From the human T2T-CHM13v2.0 reference genome, Homo sapiens: a stretch of 64,000 bases of DNA. The position numbers were made by a program, and so were the translations under genes. Shown in pieces: positions 51,600 to 64,000 of this stretch (the first letter of the stretch is position 1; each line of letters opens with the position of its first letter). The notes beneath the pieces are model-generated. The model was not told the DNA's origin. It saw only the letters and a program-made list of their open reading frames with translations, and did no database searches. The stretch is from the NCBI RefSeq assembly GCF_009914755.1, contig NC_060942.1; one strand, written 5' to 3'.

Positions 51600-53720
51600 A
51601 AAAGTTACCACAGAAGGAAAACATACAGGAAAAGATGGCAATATGAAAAAATGACGGTTGCACTGGCAGAATTTCAGAAAGAAAAAGAAGGAAAAGCAAA
51701 ACACAAATATGAAAACACAACTTTAAGTGAGAATAGATGCAGGAGAATGAAAAAGGCATGAAGATACATTAAAGATAGAAATGAAAAAGTGTAAATTAAT
51801 TCAATCAGAATAAAAGAAAACCAAATATAATTTATAGAGACGCAATGACAAAGACACGACATACACAGAATCAGTTTATAAAAGTCACACCAATAAATTT
51901 ATAGACACGAATTAAATTGTAATTTAAGCAAACTTTTTAAAATAAAAAATACTTACTTGAATCTATATTTTAAAAATCACAAATTATCCCAGAGTAGTCT
52001 ACATTTATACATGAGCAAAATAGAATTATTAGAGCTTAATGATTAAGAATGGATATTTTGGCAAACAGGCAGAGAACGGAATCCCTGATAAGGGAGAAGA
52101 ATGCAGGCTCAAATTTATTTTTTGCCATATTCAACATAAACGATAGTGAAATAATACCCTCAAAATAATCAGAGAAAAAAAATAGTCAAGCTTGCAAACC
52201 GTATAATCTGACAGGCTTCTTTTTAATCATACACGGTATTAACATTTTAAACTTGCAATCACTTAAGGCATATTATTGTGGTGAGATTATCTTTTTCTAA
52301 TTTCTGGAAGATAAATAGCATCCAATAAGATAGAATTGAGAAAGCCATGGCTAAAGGAGTGATGGTGAGCAATGAATTTATTTACTTCTACAAGGACATC
52401 CTAAAACAAATATTGACATTTGGGATACAGAACAATAAAAATGGAATATACTCCTAAAATATAAAATAATGTAAATTTTAAAAGTTGGAAGTGAAAGAGG
52501 GAAATAAACATATGATGCAGGATAAGCTATTGATTGCCCCATTTATTATATCAGGGATTCATAAATGTAGTTTAAAGCTGGCAATTCAGCTTTTACTGAT
52601 GAAAATCTGATGATTTAGAAAAGGAGGGTAAAAAGAGGAATCATAGATCTTCATAATGTTATTATTCATAATAGGGTATTTACAGATATTCTACAAAGAT
52701 TAAAAATGCTAGAAATATTCAATAAACTTTTGAACAAAAATACAATCTATTTTAAATACAAGACTGCAGGCAATAAATAAATTTTGAAAACTAAGGGAAG
52801 ACTATTAAAGGAAAATATATTAAATGCAGGGAACTACATAAAACATATAAAAAGTCAATCCATACATGTTACACAACAGTATCAAAAATAAACCAATCTC
52901 ACCTGATTAAAAAATAAAAGCTGATTTTCTGTTGTATCAAAAATCAAAAGCCAGCCAGATATGTAATATATATTTTTAAAACATGTAAACTAAATTATTT
53001 AGAATGTTGAAAATGAAAAGAGCCAGCACAAAGCCATATTAAGCAATTGCAAAAGAAATCCATTTACAGAAAGAGACTTTACTATGTTAAAGTTTGCCTT
53101 CCTCAGTTAAGCTGAAAGTCATGCATGTCTCTAACTGAATAGCATAGCTATGGCTACATGTTGTATGAGGACAAATAGATGGAAGCCCATTCTATAGTTG
53201 AAGAATGTAATTTGCTCTGAACAAAATCAAATCAGTTTTTAAAAAAAATCTTATAAGACATAAAACCTTACAAAATGTAGAGGATATATAATTGATAAAT
53301 ATTATTCATGTTACCCTGGACATAGAGTATCATTATGTTGAGTAACAAAAGTTACCCTTATGTAATTACCATTATATTAAGTCATACAGGAAAACTTAGA
53401 AAATTAAGAGAGTAAAGACAATGCTTTTTGATGGCAATACGATCAATAAAAGTAACATCAAAGAATAAAAATCCCCTGTTATTTAAATTGGCAAAAACTT
53501 CCTTCTTAGACAACACTGGCATGAAGATGAAATGCAAATAAATTTGCACATGATTAAATAAATGATGTGAAATTCCTAGATCATAATTTTTGTGATGAAG
53601 CAATACAAAATTTAGAGAAAAAGTCAGCTTTAAATGCTTAATCTTAAATCAAGAAAAAATGGAAATAACTTTTAAGAAGATTAAACAAATAAAAGAAAAT
53701 ATTAATGATACCAGATTAAG
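51600..53720 (+). mobile_element. Very old L1ME/HAL1-like remnants
   Basis: A-rich ORF1-like and ORF2-like degenerate sequence. Confidence 0.45.
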
Positions 53721-53892
53721 ACAAATGCAAAATGGATTATAGAACTAAATATAAAATACAAAACTATAATACTTCTAGAAAATAAAATAGGAAAAAATCT
53801 AGGTTATTTTGGATTTGTCAATTTTTAGTTTTTCGTTGCAACACCAAAAACATGATTCTTGCAGGAAAATAAGTTGGATTTTTTTTCAATGA

Positions 53893-54266
<374 letters not shown>

Positions 54267-54407
54267 TTAAAACACATATTTGATGGAGGACTGGCAAAAT
54301 ATACCAAGAACTATTAAAACAAAAGAATAAGAAAATAAATGATTAAAAGTAGACTAAAGATGGGGACAGACACCTCATGAAGAAGATAAACAGATGACAA
54401 GTAAGTA

Positions 54408-54851
54408 CAGTCAACTCTTGAGCAACACAGGGGTTAGGGAGCCTGACACCCTGCACAACTGAAAATTCAGGTATAACTTTTGATTCTCCAAAAATTTAAC
54501 TCCTAATACCCGACTGTTAACCGGAAGGCTTACCAAGAAATAAACGGTTGATTAACATGTATTTTGTATGTTATGTGCATTACGTACTGTATTCTTAAAG
54601 TAAGCTAGAAAAAAGAAAACAGTATTAAGAAAATCATAAGGAAGAGAAAATATATTTACTTTTTATGACATGTAAGTGTAAGTGAATCATTATAAAGGTC
54701 TTTATCTTCATTGTCTTCATACTGAGTGGACTTAGGAGGAGGAGGAAAAGGAGCAGGTGGTCAAGCTGCCTCTGGGTGACGGAGGTGGAAGGAATATCTG
54801 TGAATAGGTGGGCACGTATAATTCAAACCCATGTTGTTTAAGGGTAAACTG
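54408..54851. mobile_element. Tigger2a/MER28 DNA transposon
   Basis: TIRs cagtcaactcttgagcaacac / atgttgtttaagggtaaactg; TA TSD. Confidence 0.88.
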
Positions 54852-55361
54852 TATATGAAAGATGCTTTCTCTTTAGGGAATTGCAACTTAACACAACAAT
54901 AAGATATGACCACATATTTATTAGAACTGCTAAAATCAGAAATGCTGCCATCACCAACTTCTGGGGAAGATGTGGGGCAACAGAACTTCCATTGATTGCT
55001 GACAGAAATGCAAAATAGTATAATCACTTTGGAGGACGGTTGGCAGCTTTTTAAAAAAAATTAAACATGGTCTTGCTATACAATCCAGCAACCCCACTGC
55101 TAGTTATTTACCCAAAGAAGTTGAAAAGTTATGGTCACAAAAACTTGCTCATCAATGTTTGCAGCAACTTTATTCATAATTGACAAAAATTGGGAGGCAC
55201 CAATATGTCCTTCAATAGGTGGATGGATAAACTAACTGTGATACATCTGTTATCAAACTACAAAAAACACTGAGGAATAGTAAATGCATGGTGTGTTAGT
55301 GTCCTTTTCAGATGGGAAAGAATCCTATGTGACAAGGTTATATATGGTATGATTCTAACTA

Positions 55362-55672
55362 CAGTGGTCCCTTGGTATCCACAGGGGTATTGGTTCCTGG
55401 ATGAGCTCCCTTTACCCTCACTGTGTGAATACCAAAGTCAAAGGATGCTCAAGTCCCTTATATAAAATGGTGTAGTATTTGCATATAGCCTAACCATATC
55501 CTTCCATGTATTTAAATAATGTCTAGATTACTTATAATACCTAATAAAGTGTAAACACTATGCAAATAGTCATATTCATTGTTTGTTACTATATTATTTT
55601 TTAAAAAGTATTTTTGCTTTGTGGTTGGTTGAATTGGAGAATGCAGAACCCACTGATAAGGAGGGCCATCTG
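55362..55672. mobile_element. MER2 DNA transposon
   Basis: cagtggtcccttggtatccac..gatgctcaagtcccttatataaaatggtgtagtatttgc..gagggccatctg. Confidence 0.88.
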
Positions 55673-56064
55673 CATGTCTATGACATCTTGAAAAACACAT
55701 AAAGACAGTACAAAGATCAGTGGCTGATGGTTCAATTGGGGAAGAAGGCAAAATGAATTGAAGCATATGCAATTTTTAGGTCATCAAAACAGTTCTGCAT
55801 GATACTCTAATGGTAGATACATGACATTATGCACTTATCAAAACCCATAGATTGGTACAACACAAAGACTGAACCATAATGTAAAATATATACTTGAGTT
55901 AATAATAATGTGTCAGTATGGATTATTAACTGTAACAAATGTGCACACTAATGCATAGGAAAAACTATATGGGGGAGAGGGAGCAGGGAATACATGGGAA
56001 TTTTATGTACTTTATGTTCATTTTTAACATTAAAAAATTATCCTAAAACTACTATTTTTATAAG

Positions 56065-57330
56065 TCTTCTTTTGAAAAGTCTATGACCATGTCCTTTGCC
56101 TACTTTTTAATGGGGTTGTTTGGTTTCTGTTTGTAAATTTGTTTAAGAACCTGGTAGGTTCTGGATATTAGACCTTTGTTGAATGCATAGTCTGTAAATA
56201 TTTTCTCCCATTCTGTAGGTTTTCTGATTACTCTGTTGATTGCTTCTTTCACTGTACAGAAGCTCTTTAGTTTAATTAGGTCCCATTTGTCAATTTTCGT
56301 TTTTGTTGCATATTCGTCAACAAGATGTTTTGGCATCTTCGTCATGAAATCTTTGCCAGGTCCTATGTCCAGAATGGTATTTCCTAGGTTAGCTTCCAGG
56401 GTTTTTATAGTTTTAGGTTTTACATTTTACATTTAACTCTTTAACTCATCTTGAGTGATTTCTGTGTATGGTGCAAGGAAGAAATCTGGTTTCATTCTTC
56501 TGCATGTGGCAAGCCAGTTATCCCAGCACCCATTATTGAATAATGGGTCCTTTCTCCACTGTATGTACATCTGTGGTATTAATATACGCTCCCTATACTG
56601 TTTCATTTGTCAATGTATCTGGTGTTTTGTACCAATAACATGATGTTTTAGTTATTGCAGCATTGTAATATAGTGTGAAGTCCTGTAACGCAATGCCTCC
56701 AGCTGTGTAAATTAGTTTAGCAACTGGAGAAAGCAGTGTGGATGCTCCTCAAAGAACCTGAAAGAGAATTACCATTCGACCTAGGAATCCCATGATTGGG
56801 TACATATGCAAAGGAATGCAAATTGCTCTACCATAAAGACACATGCACACATGTTCATCACAACACTATTCACAATAGCAAAGACATGGAATCAACCCTA
56901 AATGCCCATCAGTGGTAGACAGGACAAGGAAAATGTGGTATGTATACACTATGGAATACTACATAGCCATAAAAAAGAATGAGGTCATGTCCTTCACAGC
57001 AGCATGGATGGAGCTGGAGACCATTATTCTAAGCAAATTAATGCAGGAACAGAAAACCAACTACCGCATGTTCTCACTTGTAAGTGGGAGCCGAACAATG
57101 ATAACATATGGACACAAAGAGGGAAACAACAGACCCTGGGACATACTTGAAGGTGGAGGGTGGGAAGAGGGAGAGGATCAGTAAAAATACCTATTGGCTA
57201 CCATGCTTATTACCTGGGTGACAAAATAATCGGTACACTAAACCACTGTGACATGCGGTTTACCTATATAACCGACCTACACATGTACTTTTTAACCTAA
57301 AATAAAGATTATAATAAAAAATAAAAATAA
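56065..57330 (+). mobile_element. 5'-inverted L1PA15/16-like element
   Basis: Antisense ORF2 at 56065-~56705, sense 3' end at 56706-57330 with A-rich tail. Confidence 0.85.
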
Positions 57331-57813
57331 GATGTAAAAAATGCAAGGAAAATAATTAATTAGATTTCAAATACATAAAAAAACCACACTCATATAATTT
57401 AAAAAATAGCATGAGTCACAAAAAATGTATATACATAGCAATATTTTTGTAAAAGTGGATCACATATATAGATATATTGGTAATTATATATACATTCATG
57501 TGTGTATTCATATTTGCTTGTATCTACTAAAAGAAACTAAAGGTATAAAAGCTGATATTGGGCTTTAGTTGACAGTTTGAAGAGACAACAGAGGAAGGGA
57601 AAGAGATGGAAGAAAAAGTGGCATTGTAAAATTTTAAAGCTCATTTTGGGAGACATTTTATTGAGAAGCTTCAAATTGCTTTAATTAAATTTTAAATGTG
57701 ATAACTTCAGAAATAAATTAAGCTTCATTCTTTCTAAAGAACATAACCTTTGAAAACTCTGATTCAATATCATAAAAGTAAAACAACTCGTGTGAAAATC
57801 TATCATTTTACAT

Positions 57814-58105
57814 TTTTTTTTTGAGGTGGAGTCTCACTCTTGTTGTCCAGGCTGGAATACAGTGGCGAGAACTCTGCTTACTGCAAGCTCCACCTCCCGG
57901 GTTCAAGGGATTCTCCTGCCTTGGCCTCCCAAGTACCTGGGATTACAGGCGCATGCCACCATGCCCAGGTAACTTTTGTATTTTTAGTAGAGAAGGAGTT
58001 TCACCATGTTGGCCAGGCTGGTCTCGAACTCTTGACCTCAGGTGATCAGCAAGCCCCAGCCTTCCAAAGTGCTGGGATTACAGATGTGAGCCTCCGCACC
58101 TGGCC
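57814..58105 (-). mobile_element. AluSq/Sp-like
   Basis: cactcttgttg diagnostic; TSD cattttacat. Confidence 0.92.
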
Positions 58106-58256
58106 CATTTTACATAATTTTTAACAGCTCATAATACTATGGGAATTTAAGAAAATATTACTTCCATAAATTAGAAAGCATTTTTCTTTAAAAACTTGAA
58201 AAATGTCACAATTCGTGATTGCCTTTATGTCGTGTGCCATTGCAATAACAGATTTC

Positions 58257-58640
58257 TGATATTGTTTGGCTCTGTGTCCCCTCCCAAATCTTATGTAGAA
58301 TTGTAATCCTCATTGTTGGAGGAGGGTCCAGGTGGGAGGTGATTGGTTGATGGGGTGCACTTCCCCCTTGCTGTTCTCATGACAGTGAGTGCATTCCCAT
58401 GAAATCTGGTTGTTTAAAAGTAAGTAGCAATTCCCCCTTCTCTCCCGCTTTCTCCTACTCCAGACATGTAAGATGTGCCTTCTTCCTCTATGCCTTCTGC
58501 CATGATTGTAAGTTTCCTGAGGCCTCAGCAGTCATGCTCCCTGTACAGCTGTGGAACTGTGAGTCGATTCAGTCTCTGTTCTTTATAAATTACCCAATCT
58601 CAGGTAGTTCTTTATAGCAATGCAAGAGTAGACTAATACA
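58257..58640 (+). mobile_element. MSTA solo LTR
   Basis: tgatattgtttggctctgtgtcccc..caggtagttctttatagcaatgcaagagtagactaataca. Confidence 0.9.
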
Positions 58641-58895
58641 GTGTCACATTTGTATTAACTGTTTTTATAACATATATTGAAAATTTGTTTCACAGCTTTT
58701 ATTGAAATATTTTGTACTGTGTCCAGTTTTCTCAATTAAGGTAATCACATTTAGTGAAATGAAACAAAAACTAATAATTCAACTAAAAGCATTTCAGAGT
58801 TGCATATTTGACATCAAAAGCTGGACTAACAATGTTAGTTATTAGATTCATTAATTCTATCTTGGAGAAAACTCATGACTCTAAAACTAGAGTTA

Positions 58896-59380
<485 letters not shown>

Positions 59381-59391
59381 TTAAGAATTTT

Positions 59392-59712
59392 TGTATTAAG
59401 TCTGTTCAGGCTGCTATAACAGAATACCATAGACTGAGTGGCTTATTGATGACAGGAATGATTTCTCATAATTTTGGAACCTGGGAAGCCCAAGATCAAA
59501 GGATGGGCAGATTTAATACTGGGGAGGACTCTCTTCATAGAGGGCTGGCTTCCTGCTTCATCCTCACTTGGTACAAGGGGCAAGAGATCTCTCTGGGGTC
59601 TCTTTCATAAGGTCACTAATCACCGCCTAAAGGCCCTACATCTTAATATCATCAGCTTGGGGTTTAGGATTTCAACATATGAATTTGAGGGAAACACATT
59701 CAGTCCATTACA
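59392..59712 (-). mobile_element. MLT1A solo LTR
   Basis: ggctgctataacagaataccatagactgagtggctta..acacattcagtccattaca. Confidence 0.85.
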
Positions 59713-60403
59713 GAATTGTTATATCATTTTTACTTATATGAAAGCTGAGGATAAAGTAGGTGCCTTGTTTTGATGAGGGTCACAGAAATAGAAGATGAAA
59801 CCAAAATCTTGGGCTCTTTCCATTACACACTTTTTCCTTCTTCCTCACTTAAACTTTTCTCCAATAATATCTGCAGGAGTAATTTTGCAAGTGATGGCCT
59901 TAATATTCAAAGCCTCTAAACTGCTGTGATAGTATAAAATATCTTCCCTTTCATTGTATTACTATTAATTTTGTTAGAATTTGGATTCTGACACTGTAAA
60001 GTTTGTCGTAAATTCATTTTTTATCTGGGTAATCTTAAAAAAATCATTCTATGTCACTACATTTTAGCTTTCTCATAAGTAAATGTAGAGAGATTGAGAA
60101 ATTAAGTTAGATAACGTGACTATCCTTTGTAAACTTTAACAGATATAATACATGCTATTCTTTTTAAACTGGAGATTGGTTTAGAGAATGAAATGGTTCT
60201 CATAGGAGTGTTGCTATTACATATTTCTCTACTCATACAAAAACAGACATGCTGACATAGGCAATAAATTGACAGCAAAATGAAGACAGAGATTACTAAT
60301 GAAAACTAAACAGACATATCATTAATTATAACTGCAAAATTATTCTACACCAAAGCAATATAATAAGAGTTAATTTTAAATCCACTTTAGAATAAAGGTT
60401 AAA

Positions 60404-60548
<145 letters not shown>

Positions 60549-61719
60549 CTAGGAGTGTATTAAGATCTGAGTCTTCCTTGTATATTATGTAGGCTTCTAA
60601 CACACAATCAAATAACAGTACCATATATATAATCCTTCTTTTTAAAAAATCTGATCAAAATTTTACTTGGAGGTAATGAAAAGCAAAATCCATGTTGACT
60701 CCTTTCTACAATAATAGTTAAATGCAGGATTATTTGTGCATGAACTTAATAATTTCTAATCATCAACCAAATTGTAAACACAATTCAAACCAAATGATAA
60801 TTTTTATCACAATAAACTGCAACAACCTAATGATTTATAAAATTACTAACACCATCTTTGAGTTTTTCTGGAAGTCTAAAAGCACTTTAAAATACAAAAG
60901 TTTATTTACAAAATTACCGATAAATGTAGACACTGTGTCCTTCCAAACAAGACATACTTTAAATTGACCACTCAATCTCAGCTTTCAAATGTTGACTCCT
61001 TGAAGATGCCGGATATTTTTAGACACACATTTTATAGCCATGTTTCTTTTGCTGGAATGTTAGAGAGAAACAGTTTCATTACTATAGCTTTACTTTGTGA
61101 AACTACTTTTTTTTTTCAGAGCTATTATCCTAAATGTGGATATTGATGGCACTACCCGTGGAGTGGAAGCATTAGAGCTGCATAACTTTTAGATATTTTA
61201 TATAAATCTTCACTATAATGTCACTCCTGGCAAACAGCTGTGCTGTGATATGTCACAATGATGAATCATCAAGCATGGTAAAATCTAAAGGACAGTTATA
61301 TAAAAACTTGTATTAATAAAACATAATTTTCACAAGTGCAAAATGAACATTTGCATATACTCTAAAAACTTCTATAGCATTTACTCCAAAGTGTCTAGTA
61401 CATGACCATAATTTAGGCTCATGATGATTTCCATGTGGTATTTCAAAGAGAAACAAATCCCTTTTTAGGACATAAGACTGACAGTTAATTGTACAATGTG
61501 AGATTATGTTACAGCAAGATCTAATGTAAGTACCTTATAAAATTACACTGGACTCCCAGTCCAGAAAAAAATCACGTGGACTCCTTTCCCCTGATACTAC
61601 CCGCTAAGTGTCAACATAAACCCAGTAAATGATGGAAGGGACAACCAAAGCATAACTCTGAAATGTCAAAAGAGGAAAGCACGCTAAGAAGGGACATCAG
61701 GACTGGAGGAATGTCATAG

Positions 61720-62474
<755 letters not shown>

Positions 62475-63109
62475 AGAGCCAGCATTTTTTGACCTCTCCC
62501 TCCCCTCCAAACAAGTAATGGATGATGGCTCAGGTAGGCTTATTTCTCCTTATGAGTACCATCAACAAAACCAGGGCAGCCTGGTAATACTGGGCTGACC
62601 AGATGCCCCACTGACAATAAGAAGACAGAAAAAGCTCCTTTCACACCAGGCTACTGGACCTGAGACTCTCTTTCCTTCCTAGAGACAATTCATCAGCAAG
62701 GAGGATGTCACCTCCACAAGCACCTTCCCAAGAAGCACTCTTAGTTTCCTGGGCAATAGACTCTCTTTCCCCAGCTTAAGAAAACAGGCAGCTTAAAAGG
62801 AGGAAGCTCCTTTTATCTCCTCAAGCAACACCAGGAGGGTTCAGTGAGAAGCCCAGCAACACGATAGGAGATAAATCAAGCTGTCCAAAATTGCCCCTCA
62901 AAGTCTCTGATAATTCAGTCGTCATTAGACCCACAGCAATGGGCCAGGTCCTGTGTGCTAAACCTCCACAGGATGGCGCTGTGCTAAAATAACAATGTAA
63001 ATGGAACCAAGAGCCTGCTGACAAACATAGCTAAAAATTCTGGTTACAATAAAAAAAAAACCACCCATCATAAGGAGAATGTCACAGGTTGAATGAAAAA
63101 ACACAATCA

Positions 63110-63420
63110 GGTTGGGTGTGGTGGCTCATGCCTGTAATCCCAGCACTTTGGGAGGCCGAGGCAGGAGGATCACTTGAGGTCAGGAGGTTGAGACTAGCCT
63201 GGCCAATGCGGTGAAACCCCGTCTCTACTAAAAATTTAAAAATTAGCTGGGTGTGGTGATGCACACCTGTACTCGGGAGGCTGAGGCAAGAGATTTGCTT
63301 GAACCTGGCAGGTGGAGGCTGCAGTTAGCCAAGATCACACCATTGCACTCCAGCCTGGGTGATGGAGTGAGACTCTTAAAACAAAAAACAAAAACAAAAA
63401 ACAAAACAAAACAAAACAAC
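63110..63420 (+). mobile_element. AluS/J with a 10-bp internal deletion
   Basis: cacctgta joined to ctcgggagg; (AAAAC)n tail; TSD ending cacaatca. Confidence 0.9.
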
Positions 63421-64000
63421 AAACCCACAATCAACAGTTGCCCACACTGAGATGAATCAGAAGTTGGAATTATCAGACAATGACATTAAAGCAACCATCA
63501 TAAAATGTTTTAACAGTAACAAATTATCTGAAAACAGATGAAAAAAGAGAAAATCTCAGCAAAAAATAAAAATTGAAATGGTGAAAAAGAACCAAATAAA
63601 AATTATAGAATTGATAGAACTGAAAAATGCTATGATGAAAATCTTTAAAAACCCAGTTCTCTGAATAGGCTCAATGGTAGAATGAGATGACAATGGGTAA
63701 GAGAGTAAACTTAAAAAGAGATTAAAATAATTTACCCAACCTGAATAAAGATAAAAATAGACGGAAGAAAATAAAAATAAAAAACGAGTAGAGCCTCAGG
63801 AACTTGTTGCAGCAATAACAAAAGATCCAACTCCGTATTTCCAGAATCACAGAAGCAGAAAGAGTGAAGTGAAAGGGTGTTCTAAGAAATAATAAGTGAA
63901 AAGTTCCCAAATTTGTCAAAAGACATAAACCCACAGATTCAAAAAGCTGATTGAAGTACAAATAGGAAAAGCTCCAATAAGGCTTGCAAAAGAGATGATA

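Overview
AT-rich, repeat-dense primate genomic DNA, most likely human: an AluYa5 with all five diagnostic positions lies at 53963-54266. More than half of the window is transposon-derived (L1 of many ages, Alu, MaLR/ERVL LTRs including a full THE1 provirus, L2, MIR, Tigger/MER DNA elements). There is no intact protein-coding gene. The long ORFs in the track are L1 ORF2, Alu or THE1-internal remnants. The main result is a dead multi-exon gene on the + strand, hidden in the unique sequence between repeats. Ten short exons at 4396-14940, most with AG/GT ends and consistent phases, translate through stops and frameshifts into PH-PH-RhoGAP-RA-like domains. A further PH-like exon lies at about 42.4-42.8 kb. 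This is the C-terminal domain order of ARAP/centaurin-delta proteins, but highly diverged, so it is a candidate unitary pseudogene. All repeat subfamily names and domain assignments were made by eye from recalled consensus sequences and need computational confirmation.
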